Of a DNA stretch of 51,806 bases, positions 1 through 9,599 are shown piece by piece. The notes beneath the pieces were generated by a model. The model ran no database searches. It saw nothing but the letters and a program-made list of their open reading frames with translations, and was not told where the DNA came from. The first letter of the stretch is position 1; each line of letters begins with the position of its first letter. The DNA comes from an uncultured Oscillospiraceae bacterium (GTDB taxonomy: Bacteria; Bacillota; Clostridia; Oscillospirales; Oscillospiraceae), in the NCBI GenBank assembly GCA_964623675.1, contig CAZUSM010000001.1:1-51806 (forward strand), read 5' to 3'. The translations under genes were made by a program, and so were the position numbers.

Positions 1-1
1 C

Positions 2-475
2 GACCGCATGGTGGACATTGCGTCCTTCGCGCGCATAAAGCCCATGGTCAATCAGGTCGAGTGCCACCCGCATAATCAGCAGCAGGCCGCAATGCCTTGG
101 CACGAAAAGTACGCCGTTCAGACCGAGGCGTGGGCGCCCCTGGCCGAGGGGCGCGGGGATATGTTCAACCTCCCCGAACTTAAGGCCATCGGCGAAAAGT
201 ACGGCAAAACGACCGCGCAGGTCATACTCCGCTGGCATCTCCAGCGCGGCGTCGTCGCCATTCCCAAGACCACCCACCGCGAGCGCATGGTCGAGAATTT
301 CAATGTCTTTGACTTTTCCCTCACCGATGCCGATATGGCCGCCATCGCCGCGCTTGACAAGGGCGAAAGCTCGTTCTTCTCCCACACCGAGCCGGGCATG
401 GTCGAGTGGTTTGTCAAAATGGTCGAGGAGCGCAAAAAGAACAACGACTGCACCAAAGAGAAGAAAAGCTGGTAA
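2..475 (+). CDS. aldo/keto reductase, C-terminal part (5' end lies outside the window)
   Basis: Frame is open from the window edge. Translation (..VNQVECHP.., ..QVILRWHLQRGVVAIPKTTHRERMVENF..) is the conserved AKR C-terminal core of the 2,5-diketo-D-gluconate-reductase-like subgroup. Confidence 0.85.
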   Translation, partial: DRMVDIASFARIKPMVNQVECHPHNQQQAAMPWHEKYAVQTEAWAPLAEGRGDMFNLPELKAIGEKYGKTTAQVILRWHLQRGVVAIPKTTHRERMVENFNVFDFSLTDADMAAIAALDKGESSFFSHTEPGMVEWFVKMVEERKKNNDCTKEKKSW

Positions 476-614
476 ACCGCCCTCGTTCGCAATATAATCA
501 GTATTATAAACGGAATTATAATCAAGCATATCAAGCCCGTACCCCGCCGCGGCAACCCCCGGAGAGCGTCAAACAAACTTATATAATGATAAATAATAAA
601 AGCGATAAGGAGAA

Positions 615-1178
615 ATGAAAATGAGAAAAGATTTCGGAGCAAAGCCCTATATTTATCCCCAGCCCGTGTTCGTCTTGGGCACGTATAATGCCGACGGCAC
701 GCCCAACGCCATGGTCGCCGCATGGGGCGGCATCAGCGAGGCCACAGAGCTGTCCATGTGCATCAGCGCCGGGCACAAAACCGTCAAAAACGTCCTCGAA
801 ACCAAGGCGTTCACCGTCAGCATGGCGACGCAGGACAAGCTCGTCGAGTGCGATTATCTCGGCCTCGTCTCCGGCAGTGATGAGCCGAACAAGCTCGCCA
901 AGGCCGGCTTGCACACCGAAAAGAGCGCGAATGTCAACGCCCCCGTCATCACCGAGCTGCCCCTCACCGTCGAGTGCCGCCTCGTCAGCTATGACAAGGA
1001 CACCTGCCGCCTCGTCGGCGAAATCGTCAACGTCTCCGCCGACGAAAGCATTCTCACCGACGGCAATATAGACCCCTCAAAGCTCCGCCCCATCACCTAC
1101 GACGGCGTCGCCTACGGCTATTACGTCCTCGGCGAGCGCGTCGGCAACGCGTTCTCCGACGGAAACGCATTGAAATAA
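615..1178 (+). CDS. flavin reductase-like (FMN-binding split-barrel) protein
   Basis: Sequence GTYNADGTPNAMVAAWGG..FTVSM.. is typical of flavin-reductase-like/flavoredoxin domains. AGGAG at 608-612 lies 8 nt from the ATG at 621, so 621 is a more likely start than 615. Confidence 0.75.
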   Translation: MKMRKDFGAKPYIYPQPVFVLGTYNADGTPNAMVAAWGGISEATELSMCISAGHKTVKNVLETKAFTVSMATQDKLVECDYLGLVSGSDEPNKLAKAGLHTEKSANVNAPVITELPLTVECRLVSYDKDTCRLVGEIVNVSADESILTDGNIDPSKLRPITYDGVAYGYYVLGERVGNAFSDGNALK

Positions 1179-1223
1179 GATACCCCAATAACGCAAAAGA
1201 ACATAGCGCAAAACAAATAACGC

Positions 1224-1258
1224 AAGGCCACGCCGGACAACCCGGCGCGGCCTTTTTA
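1224..1258 (+). terminator. rho-independent terminator
   Basis: AAGGCCACGCCGG (1224-1236) pairs with CCGGCGCGGCCTT (1242-1254) with one mismatch, followed by a T-run. Confidence 0.7.
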
Positions 1259-1551
1259 CGCGCTTTCGCCGTTTGTTGCACATTCTCCACCGCCCACCCC
1301 GACCACCAACGTGGACAGAGTGGGCGTTATTTCACCCCCACAACCCCATCCTCCAATCAATAACCATTCCTTATCGAACTATACATAGCGCTATATTTGG
1401 CTGCATTTGTTTTGAAAATTTCCCAAAGAGGGGCGGGTGAGATATAATATTTGCATAATTTGTGCATAAACGATGAATAATCGGCGAATAAGACGAACGG
1501 CGGGGGAGTGCCCCGCTTGAGATAAAACCGATAACTGCAAGGAGGCAAACC

Positions 1552-2547
1552 ATGGACTATCAGCCCGCTGAAAACCGATATGAACAAATCCCTTACCGCC
1601 GCTGCGGCAAAAGCGGAATCCTCCTGCCCTCGCTTTCCCTCGGCCTTTGGCACAACTTCGGCAACATCACCCCCTTCGGCACACAGCAGAGCATTCTGCG
1701 CCAGGCGTTTGACCTCGGCATCACGCACTTCGACCTTGCCAACAACTACGGCCCTCCCTACGGCGAGGCCGAGCGCAACTTCGGCATCCACTACGACCGC
1801 GATTGGCACACCCATCGCGACGAACTGATAATCTCCACCAAGGCCGGATATGACATGTGGCCCGGCCCTTACGGCGACCACGGCAGCAAGAAATACCTCA
1901 TCGCCAGCCTTGACCAGTCCCTCAAGCGCATGCACCTTGACTATGTCGACATCTTCTACCACCACCGCCCCGACCCGGACACCCCCATTGAGGAGACCAT
2001 GGGTGCGCTCGACCAAATCGTGCGCAGCGGCAAGGCGCTGTACGTCGGCATCTCCAACTACTATAACGCCGAGCAGGCGCGCACGGCGATCAAAACCCTG
2101 CGCGAGCTGGGCACACCCATGCTCATCCACCAGCCCAGATACTCCATGATGAGCCGCATCCCCGAAAAAGAGGGGCTGTTCGACGTGCTGAGAGAAGAGG
2201 GCGTCGGCTGCATCGCGTTTGCCCCCTTGGCAAACGGCATACTCACCGGCAAATACCTCAACGGCATTCCCGCCGACTCCCGCGCCGCGCATGACCCGCG
2301 CTACCTCAAATCCACCGACATCACCGAGGAAAAGGTGGAGAAAGTCCGCAAGCTCAACGAGATTGCCCAGCGCCGCGGTCAGTCCATGGCGCAGATGGCG
2401 CTGCAGTGGGTGCTGCGTGACCCGGTCGTCACCACCGCGCTCATCGGCGCAAGCCGCCCGGAGCAGGTTGCGGAAAACGTCCGCGCCTTCGACTGCGCGC
2501 CCCTATCCGCCGAGGAGCTTGCCGAGATCGAGGCCATCTTGGCCTAA
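1552..2547 (+). CDS. aldo/keto reductase (YghZ/Tas-like, L-glyceraldehyde-3-phosphate-reductase type)
   Basis: Full-length 331-aa AKR: ..LSLGLWHNFG.., ..HFDLANNYGPPYGEAE.., ..DIFYHHRPD.., ..IGASRPEQ... AAGGAGG RBS lies upstream of the ATG at 1552. Confidence 0.9.
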   Translation: MDYQPAENRYEQIPYRRCGKSGILLPSLSLGLWHNFGNITPFGTQQSILRQAFDLGITHFDLANNYGPPYGEAERNFGIHYDRDWHTHRDELIISTKAGYDMWPGPYGDHGSKKYLIASLDQSLKRMHLDYVDIFYHHRPDPDTPIEETMGALDQIVRSGKALYVGISNYYNAEQARTAIKTLRELGTPMLIHQPRYSMMSRIPEKEGLFDVLREEGVGCIAFAPLANGILTGKYLNGIPADSRAAHDPRYLKSTDITEEKVEKVRKLNEIAQRRGQSMAQMALQWVLRDPVVTTALIGASRPEQVAENVRAFDCAPLSAEELAEIEAILA

Positions 2548-2617
2548 ACCCCATTATAAGGCGATACCCGGCACTGCCGGATAAGCATATTCTATATCAT
2601 TTTTAGGAGGAAGAATC

Positions 2618-3943
2618 ATGAAAAAGCTGATTTCCCTGCTGCTGGTTCTGACCATGGCGTTCGCTCTGGTCGCCTGCGGCACCAGCGCACCTGCTGCCGA
2701 AGCCCCCGCTGCCGAAGCTCCCGCCGAGGCTCCTGCCGCTGAAGCACCCGCTGCTGTCCCCAACGCTGAAAAGCCCGTTACTTGGTTCAACCGTCAGCCC
2801 TCCAACAGCCAGACCGGCGAGTTGGATATGGACGCTCTGACCTGGAACGATGACACCTACTATGTCGGCTTCGACGCCATTCAGGGTGCTGTCCTTCAGG
2901 GCGAGATGATCGTCAGCTATCTCCAGTCCCACGGTGCTGAGCTCGACCGCAACGGCGACGGCATCATCGGCTACGTCCTGTGCATCGGCGACGTCGGCCA
3001 CAACGACTCCATCGCCCGTACCCGCGGCGCTCGTCTCGCACTCGGCACTGCCGTTCCCGACAGCGCTCAGGGCAAGACCGAGGTCGGCGACATCAACGAT
3101 GTTGACCCCACCCCCATCGGCACTAACACCGACGGCTCCGCCTCCAACGTCAAGGACGGCGCCATCACCATCGACGGCACTGAGTTTGTCGTCCGCGAGC
3201 TTGCTTCTCAGGAAATGAAGAACAACTCCGGCGCGACCTGGGATGCTCCCACCGCCGGCAACGCCATCAACACCTGGAGCGCCGCATTTGGCGATCAGAT
3301 TGATGTCGTCGTCTCCAACAACGACGGTATGGGCATGGCCGTGTTCAATGCATGGAGCAAGGAAGAGGGCGTCCCCACCTTCGGTTATGACGCCAACAGC
3401 GACGCCGTCGCCGCCATCGCCGACGGTTACTGCGGCACCATCTCCCAGAACGCCGACGTTCAGGCTTACCTCACTCTCCGCACCATGCGTAACGCCCTTG
3501 ACGGCGTGGACATCATGACCGGTATCAGCAAGGCTGACGCTGCCGGCAACGTCCTGTCCGAGGATCTCTTCTACTACGATGAGGCCACCCGTTGCTTCTA
3601 CGCTCTCAACGCCGCTGTCACCGCCGAGAACTACGAGAACTTCCTCGATGCCACCGCTCCCAACCCGGCGTTCAGCAACCAGATGACCGAGGCCGACGCC
3701 CCCGTCAAGAAGGTTTGGCTCGACATCTTCAACTCCACCGATAACTTCCTCAACGCCACCTACCTGCCCCAGCTCGAGAACTACGACGGCATCCTTAACC
3801 TCGATGTCGAGTACGTCAAGGGCGACGGCCAGACCGAGGGCAACATCATTGACCGTCTTGCCAACCCCGATGCTTACGAAGGCTTCTGCATCAACATGGT
3901 CAAGACCGACAATGGCGCAGCTTACATGAGCAAGCTCTCTTAA
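2618..3943 (+). CDS. mglB: sugar ABC transporter substrate-binding lipoprotein (galactose/glucose MglB-like, type I periplasmic-binding fold)
   Basis: Signal peptide with lipobox LVACG, then a PAAEA-repeat linker. The core (..VVVSNNDGMGMAVFNAW..GYDANSDAV..GTISQNA..) is typical of monosaccharide-binding proteins. It sits directly upstream of mglA/mglC homologues. AGGAGG RBS. Confidence 0.75.
   Translation: MKKLISLLLVLTMAFALVACGTSAPAAEAPAAEAPAEAPAAEAPAAVPNAEKPVTWFNRQPSNSQTGELDMDALTWNDDTYYVGFDAIQGAVLQGEMIVSYLQSHGAELDRNGDGIIGYVLCIGDVGHNDSIARTRGARLALGTAVPDSAQGKTEVGDINDVDPTPIGTNTDGSASNVKDGAITIDGTEFVVRELASQEMKNNSGATWDAPTAGNAINTWSAAFGDQIDVVVSNNDGMGMAVFNAWSKEEGVPTFGYDANSDAVAAIADGYCGTISQNADVQAYLTLRTMRNALDGVDIMTGISKADAAGNVLSEDLFYYDEATRCFYALNAAVTAENYENFLDATAPNPAFSNQMTEADAPVKKVWLDIFNSTDNFLNATYLPQLENYDGILNLDVEYVKGDGQTEGNIIDRLANPDAYEGFCINMVKTDNGAAYMSKLS
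2687..2755 (+). repeat. in-frame tandem 12-15 nt repeats encoding a (A-P-A-A-E)n linker
   Basis: gcacctgctgccgaa / gcccccgctgccgaa / gctcccgccgag / gctcctgccgctgaa / gcacccgctgct, read directly from the sequence. Confidence 0.8.
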
Positions 3944-3986
3944 TTTCCCCAACTCAAGCATAACCCAATCTTTTAACTGAGAAGAC

Positions 3987-4024
3987 GGGTCATCGGAAGG
4001 TCTTCTTCCGATGACCCTTTTCTT
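3987..4024 (+). terminator. stem-loop/terminator between the binding-protein and ATPase genes
   Basis: GGGTCATCGGAAG (3987-3999) pairs perfectly with CTTCCGATGACCC (4005-4017), followed by TTTTCTTT. Confidence 0.75.
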
Positions 4025-4138
4025 TAATTAAGAAAGAAACCGGAAGCCACTGTTTTCAGCTTTGGCTTCCCGTGGCATATATAAAACACCTTTGAGAGCA
4101 CGCTCTCTAAACAGTAAATGCGCATGCAAAAGGCAGGG

Positions 4139-5659
4139 ATGATAGAAAATATGTCCGAGCAAAATGCGAAAAATATACTCTCCATCCGGGGTATGTGCAA
4201 ATCCTTCGGCCGAAACCGAGTTTTGGATCACATTGACCTGGACGTGAAGCAGGGCAGCATCATGGGGCTCATGGGCGAAAACGGCGCCGGCAAGTCCACC
4301 ATGATGAAATGCCTTTTCGGCACGTATCAAAAGGACGAGGGTACAATCCTTCTTGACGGGAAAGAAGTCAACTTCAGCGGCCCGAAAGAAGCCCTCGAAA
4401 ACGGCGTTGCCATGGTGCACCAGGAGCTGAACCAGTGTCTTGAAAGAAACGTCCTCGATAACCTCTATCTCGGCCGTTTCCCGGTCAACTCCTTCGGCAA
4501 GGTTGACGAAAACCGCATGAAAACCGAGGCCACGGAGCTTTTCCGCAAGCTGAATATGACGGTCAACCTCTCCGCGCCCATGAAGACGATGTCCGTCTCC
4601 ACGCGCCAAATGGTCGAAATCGCCAAGGCGATTTCGTACAATGCCAAGCTCATCGTTCTCGACGAGCCGACGTCCTCCCTCACCGTCAGAGAGGTCGACA
4701 AGCTTTTTGAAATGATGCGCAACCTCAAAGAGCAGGGCATCTCGCTCATTTATATCTCGCACAAGATGGACGAGATTTTTGAAATATGCGATGAGGTCTC
4801 CGTTTTGCGTGACGGCAAGATGATCGTCACCGAGAAAACCTCCGAAACCGACATGGATCGGCTCATCACCCACATGGTCGGCCGCCCCCTCGGCAACCGT
4901 TTCCCGAAGATTGACAACACCCCCGGCGACGTCGTTCTCTCGGTTCAGCATCTGTCCACCAAGTACGCGCCGAATTTGAAAGACATCTCTTTCGACGTGC
5001 GCGAGGGCGAGATTTTCGGCCTTTACGGGCTGGTCGGAGCGGGGCGCACCGAGCTGTTGGAGACGATGTTCGGCGTCCGCACGAGAGCGGCGGGTCGAGT
5101 TTACTATAAAAACAAGCTCATGAGCTTCGCCGATGCCAAGGACGCGATGAGTCACGGGTTTGCCATGATCACGGAGGAGCGCAAGTCCACGGGTCTGTTC
5201 CTTGAGGGCGACCTGGTTTTCAACTCCACGATTTCAAACCTCCCGCATTATATGAGCGGCATCGCCCTCTCCAATGACAAGATGGTCAAAGCCACCGCCA
5301 ACGAGATCAACATCATGCACACCAAGTGCATGGGTCCGCGAGACGCAATCACCTCGCTCTCCGGCGGAAACCAGCAAAAGGTCATCTTCGGCAAGTGGCT
5401 TGAAAGAGACCCGGAGGTGTTCCTCATGGACGAGCCGACCCGCGGCATTGACGTCGGCGCGAAGTATGAAATCTATGAGCTGATTGTCAAGATGGCCAAG
5501 CGCGGCAAGGCCATCATCGTGGTGTCCTCCGAGATGCCGGAAATCCTCGGCATCACCAACCGCATCGGCGTCATGTCCAACGGCCGCCTCGCCGGCATTG
5601 TCGACACCAAAAACGCCAACCAAGAGGAGCTTCTCAGACTGAGTGCCAAATACCTTTGA
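4139..5659 (+). CDS. mglA: galactose/methyl-galactoside-type sugar ABC transporter ATP-binding protein (duplicated ATPase)
   Basis: Strong resemblance to E. coli MglA across both halves (..LMGENGAGKSTMMKCLFGTYQKDEGTILLDGKEV..ALENGVAMVHQELN.., ..LSGGNQQKV..). The ORF track starts at 4118. The ATG at 4139 follows AAGGCAGGG and 4151 is also possible. Confidence 0.92.
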   Translation: MIENMSEQNAKNILSIRGMCKSFGRNRVLDHIDLDVKQGSIMGLMGENGAGKSTMMKCLFGTYQKDEGTILLDGKEVNFSGPKEALENGVAMVHQELNQCLERNVLDNLYLGRFPVNSFGKVDENRMKTEATELFRKLNMTVNLSAPMKTMSVSTRQMVEIAKAISYNAKLIVLDEPTSSLTVREVDKLFEMMRNLKEQGISLIYISHKMDEIFEICDEVSVLRDGKMIVTEKTSETDMDRLITHMVGRPLGNRFPKIDNTPGDVVLSVQHLSTKYAPNLKDISFDVREGEIFGLYGLVGAGRTELLETMFGVRTRAAGRVYYKNKLMSFADAKDAMSHGFAMITEERKSTGLFLEGDLVFNSTISNLPHYMSGIALSNDKMVKATANEINIMHTKCMGPRDAITSLSGGNQQKVIFGKWLERDPEVFLMDEPTRGIDVGAKYEIYELIVKMAKRGKAIIVVSSEMPEILGITNRIGVMSNGRLAGIVDTKNANQEELLRLSAKYL

Positions 5660-5677
5660 GTGGAGGAGATGGAAAAC

Positions 5678-7330
5678 ATGGCCAATATAGACAAAATCCT
5701 CAGCTATGAGCAAGAGCAGAAACTGCTTGAACCTATCGACAGCTATGTCGGCGCAATCCAAGAGCAGATAAACGCCCTGCGCGCCGACGGCACGGACAGG
5801 GTCATCGCCCTAACCAACCACATCGCCGTCGTCAAGGAAAACGCGAACTACACCAAGGAAGAGAAAAAGACCATCATTGCCGCCGACAAGGAAAAGCTTG
5901 CCGCGGCGAAGGCCGTTGAGGCGCAGAACAAGGCGCAGATAACCGCCCTTGTAAATGACGCCGTCGGCTATCTTGACAAGAACTTCGACAGCGGTTATTA
6001 TAACCTCGTTGTCGCCTCGTGCAAAGAGCAGAAGGCGCAGGAAGAGGCGCGCTATGCCGCAGAGCTTGCCGAGCTGAAAGCCGCGCACGAGAAAGAGCTT
6101 GCCAAGCTCAGCGATCAAGGCGAGATTAAAGACGAAAAATACGTCTACAAAAACCGCCAGTTTGACGCCAAGCTCAAGCACGATTCCACCCTGCAAGAAA
6201 TCAAAGACCGCACGCACAACGCCCACGCCTATCGCTATCACCTCATTGACCTCTTGCGCCTTTCCCACTTCACCCAGTCGGAAAAGCTCAAGCAGAGCGT
6301 GGAAAACTATAAATACACCTTCAACGCGCGTCAGTTTTTCCTCACCAACGGCCTTTATATTGTCATCGTGTGCGTGTTTGTGCTGCTGTGCATCCTCGCG
6401 CCCGTCGTCAAGGGCACGAACCTTTTGACGCTCAACAATATCCTCAACATACTCCAGGCTGCCTCGCCCCGTATGTTCCTCGCGCTGGGCGTCGGCGGGC
6501 TCATCCTCCTCGGCGGCACTGACCTTTCCGTCGGCCGTATGGTGGGCACGAGCATGGTGCTTTGCACGATGATCATGCACAAGGGCATCAACACCGGCGC
6601 AATCTTCGGTCACATTTTTGACTTCACCATGCTGCCCGTCGGCCTGCGCGTGGTGCTGGCGCTTGTTGCCTGCTGCCTCGTCACCACCACCTTCTCCGCC
6701 ATCGCGGGCTTCTTCACAGCGCGCTTTAAGATTCACCCCTTCATCTCCACCATGGCCAACATGCTCATCATGTTCGGTCTCATGACCTTTGCGACAAAGG
6801 GCGTGTCCTTCGGCGCGATCGAAGTGGCCATCCCCAAGATGATCATGCCGAAAATCGGCCGCTTCCCGACGATTATTCTCTGGGCGGTCGCGGCAATCGC
6901 GATAATGTATTTTGTCTGGAACAAGACCACGCTGGGCAAGAATATGTACGCCGTCGGCGGCAACGCCGAGGCGGCTGCGGCCTCCGGTATCAACGTTTTC
7001 AAGGTCACCATCACCGCCTTTGCCATCGCCGGTGTGCTTTACGGCTTCGGCGCGTGGCTTGAGTGCATCCGTATGGTCGGTTCGGGCTCTGCCTCTTACG
7101 GCCAGGGCTGGGAGACCGACGCCATCGCGGCCTGCGTCGTCGGCGGAATCTCGTTCTCCGGCGGTATCGGCAAAATCTCCGGCATCGTCGTCGGCGTGCT
7201 CATTTTCACCGCCTTGACGTACTCCCTCACCGTCCTCGGCGTTGACACCAACCTCCAGTTCGTCTTCTCCGGCATCATCATCCTTGCGGCTGTCACCATC
7301 GACTGCCTCAAGTACGTGCAGAAGAAGTAA
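5678..7330 (+). CDS. mglC: sugar ABC transporter permease (MglC-like core) with a long hydrophilic N-terminal extension
   Basis: The C-terminal ~330 aa is a typical ribose/galactoside-family permease (multiple TM segments, ..GGTDLSVGRMVG..). The ORF is open from the GTG at 5660. GGAGGAG at 5662-5668 is best spaced for the ATG at 5678. Confidence 0.85.
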   Translation: MANIDKILSYEQEQKLLEPIDSYVGAIQEQINALRADGTDRVIALTNHIAVVKENANYTKEEKKTIIAADKEKLAAAKAVEAQNKAQITALVNDAVGYLDKNFDSGYYNLVVASCKEQKAQEEARYAAELAELKAAHEKELAKLSDQGEIKDEKYVYKNRQFDAKLKHDSTLQEIKDRTHNAHAYRYHLIDLLRLSHFTQSEKLKQSVENYKYTFNARQFFLTNGLYIVIVCVFVLLCILAPVVKGTNLLTLNNILNILQAASPRMFLALGVGGLILLGGTDLSVGRMVGTSMVLCTMIMHKGINTGAIFGHIFDFTMLPVGLRVVLALVACCLVTTTFSAIAGFFTARFKIHPFISTMANMLIMFGLMTFATKGVSFGAIEVAIPKMIMPKIGRFPTIILWAVAAIAIMYFVWNKTTLGKNMYAVGGNAEAAAASGINVFKVTITAFAIAGVLYGFGAWLECIRMVGSGSASYGQGWETDAIAACVVGGISFSGGIGKISGIVVGVLIFTALTYSLTVLGVDTNLQFVFSGIIILAAVTIDCLKYVQKK

Positions 7331-7391
7331 GGCACAATCACCAAGGCCTTTTCCGGCGAGAAAGAAACGCCGGTGCTATAGAGCAAAAATC

Positions 7392-7420
7392 AAAAAGGCG
7401 CGCCCTCGGCGCGCCTTTTT
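7392..7420 (+). terminator. rho-independent terminator after the mgl operon
   Basis: AAAAAGGCGCGCC-CTC-GGCGCGCCTTTTT, a perfect GC-rich stem with a T-run. Confidence 0.85.
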
Positions 7421-7440
7421 GTGAAGCAAGGAGAAAAGTT

Positions 7441-8574
7441 ATGAAGCAAGTGTATAGGTTTTCCGCTCCCGGCCGCACGGAGATCAGCGGCAATCAGGTT
7501 GACCATCAAAACGGCTGCGTCTTGGCCGGCGCTGTCAATTTGGAGACCGTGGCCGAGGTCACGCTCAATGATTCAAGCGTCGTTTGCGTCAATTCCGTGG
7601 GCTATGCGCCGGTGTCTGTCGACTTGGCCGATTTGACCGTGCATGAGGATGAAAAAAACACCACCGCCGCGCTTGTTCGCGGCGTCGCGGCGGCGTTTGC
7701 GCAGCGCGGGGCGAAGCTCTGCGGCTTTGATGCGCGCGTTTGCTCCACCGTCCTCCCCGGCAGTGGCCTCAGCTCCTCCGCCGCCTTTGAGGTGCTCATC
7801 GGCACGATTTGCAACGAGCTGTTTTTCGATAAGCGCCTCACTCAAATTGAAATCGCGCAAATCGGCCAGTGGGCGGAGAATGTGTATTTCGGCAAGCCCT
7901 GCGGCTTGATGGATCAGATGGCCTCCGCCGTCGGCGGCATGGTGTTCATCGACTTTGCCGACTCCGCCAAGCCCGTGGTCGAGCGGCTGGACTTTGACTT
8001 TTCTGCGGCGCACCACGCCCTGTGCATCATCGACTCCGGCGCGGATCACGCCGACATGACGGGGGAGTACGCCGCCGTGCCCGGCGAGTTGAAGGCGCTC
8101 AGCGCCCTTTTCGGCAAGACCGTCCTGCGCGAAGTGCCGGAGAGCGAGTTCTTCGCCGCCCTGCCCGAAATCCGCCACAAAGTGCCCGACCGCGCCATCT
8201 TGCGCGCCGTGCATTTTTATCAGGAGAATGCCCGCGTGCGCGCTCAGGCCGCCGCACTGCGCAACAACGACTTTGACACCTTCCTCCGCCTCGTCAACGA
8301 ATCCGGCCGAAGCTCGTGGATGTACATGCAAAACGTCATCCCTGCCGGCGCTGTCGAGCATCAGGACATGGGCGTCGCCCTCGCTCTGTGCGACACGCTC
8401 CTCAAAGGCCGCGGCGCCAGCCGCGTCCACGGCGGCGGCTTCGCCGGAACGGTTCAGGCGTTCGTCCCCATGGACATGCTCGATGACTTCAAGGCGGGCA
8501 TCGAGGCCGCCCTCGGTGTCGGCTCTTGCCACGTCCTCTCCATCAGAGACAAGGGCAGCTGCCGCGTGGGCTAA
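7441..8574 (+). CDS. galK: galactokinase-family GHMP sugar kinase
   Basis: GHMP ATP-binding motif PGSGLSSSAAFEV and an N-terminal sugar-kinase signature APGRTEISGNQVDHQNG. AAGGAGA RBS lies 6 nt upstream. The mgl context supports galactose, but substrate is not proven. Confidence 0.75.
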   Translation: MKQVYRFSAPGRTEISGNQVDHQNGCVLAGAVNLETVAEVTLNDSSVVCVNSVGYAPVSVDLADLTVHEDEKNTTAALVRGVAAAFAQRGAKLCGFDARVCSTVLPGSGLSSSAAFEVLIGTICNELFFDKRLTQIEIAQIGQWAENVYFGKPCGLMDQMASAVGGMVFIDFADSAKPVVERLDFDFSAAHHALCIIDSGADHADMTGEYAAVPGELKALSALFGKTVLREVPESEFFAALPEIRHKVPDRAILRAVHFYQENARVRAQAAALRNNDFDTFLRLVNESGRSSWMYMQNVIPAGAVEHQDMGVALALCDTLLKGRGASRVHGGGFAGTVQAFVPMDMLDDFKAGIEAALGVGSCHVLSIRDKGSCRVG

Positions 8575-8620
8575 TATTCGAGGGCTAATGTGCGTGGAAT
8601 AATGTGATATATATGCAAAC

Positions 8621-8649
8621 AACGCAGTGCACGGCTTGTGCACTGCGTT
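8621..8649. terminator. hairpin between convergent galK and the LysR gene
   Basis: AACGCAGTGCAC (8621-8632) pairs with GTGCACTGCGTT (8638-8649), a perfect 12-bp stem. Confidence 0.65.
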
Positions 8650-8654
8650 GAGCT

Positions 8655-9599
8655 TTAGTTTTGGTTTTCGTTTTCGTCTGCGCCCTCGCCACTATCCTCG
8701 GCGGGGTGTATTTCTTTGTCCAGCAAGTCCAAAAACAGCGGCAGCACGGCGTTTTTGGAATCCTCGTGCCAAAGCACGCCGAAATCAAGGGCTTTCTCCT
8801 TCAACGGGAGAAACATGAGGTTGTCCGAGGCGTAAAACTCATAGTTTTTCATCCAGCCGGGGAGAATCGACACACCCATTCCGGTCTCAATCTGCATGAC
8901 TATCGTTTCAAACTGCTTTGATGTCACCGTATAGCGGATTGTCAGCCCGGCCTCTTTTGCCGCGTCCTGCGCAACCTGGCAAAAGCCGAGGTTGGGCGAG
9001 TCGTCGGTCATGATGAAGGTGTCGTTTTCAAGCAGGGAATAGCCCGCCCCGCCGGACATGACAAAGGGGTGATCCTTGCGCAAAACAAGGCACAAATCCT
9101 CTTGCCACAAAACGTGGAATATCGGCGCTTTTTGCGGCATGTCCTGATAGTTTATCCACGAGAACGCCACGTCGATTTCACCGTTTTCCAGCCCGGATTT
9201 CAGATCTTTCAGCCTCCCGCTGAACAGATCCAGCGCAATGTCGGGGTAAAGCACGCGAAATTCCTGCAATACATTGCTCAAAATCGGCTGAAACACCACG
9301 CTGTACCCGATTTTGATGCTCCCGCGCAGACCGGCCTTGGCGCGCAGAAGCTGCCTCTCAATGTCCTCAAGACCGTTGAGAATCGTGGGGCAGGCGTGTT
9401 GAAGTATCTCGCCAGCGGGCGTCAGCGCGACGGAGCGCGAGTTGCGCTCAAATAGCGTGACTCCAAGCTGCTTTTCCAAGTCCGCGATTTGCTGGCTCAG
9501 CGCCGGCTGTGCGAGGTAAAGGTTCATCGCGGCCTTCGTGAAATTCAGACACTTGGCCAGCTCCATGAAATAGCGCAGTTGACGTGTGTTGATGTCGAT
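8655..9599 (-). CDS. LysR-family transcriptional regulator (first canonical start codon would truncate the wHTH)
   Basis: wHTH ..FTKAAMNLYLAQPALSQQIADLEKQLGVTLFER.. plus a LysR substrate-binding domain. The ORF track starts at the ATG at 9566. The frame is open upstream and encodes (I)DINTRQLRYF. RBS AGGAAGGGGGG (9617-9607) is 7 nt from the ATC at 9599. Confidence 0.8.
   Translation of the reverse strand: MDINTRQLRYFMELAKCLNFTKAAMNLYLAQPALSQQIADLEKQLGVTLFERNSRSVALTPAGEILQHACPTILNGLEDIERQLLRAKAGLRGSIKIGYSVVFQPILSNVLQEFRVLYPDIALDLFSGRLKDLKSGLENGEIDVAFSWINYQDMPQKAPIFHVLWQEDLCLVLRKDHPFVMSGGAGYSLLENDTFIMTDDSPNLGFCQVAQDAAKEAGLTIRYTVTSKQFETIVMQIETGMGVSILPGWMKNYEFYASDNLMFLPLKEKALDFGVLWHEDSKNAVLPLFLDLLDKEIHPAEDSGEGADENENQN

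Noticed and set aside
1385-1394. Perfect 10-bp palindrome ATAGCGCTAT and GCATAA repeats upstream of the second AKR gene; small hairpin GCGGGG/CCCCGC at about 1500-1518
   Set aside because: These elements are short enough to occur by chance in a 370-nt AT-rich spacer. No adjacent regulator gene and no known riboswitch pattern were recognised.
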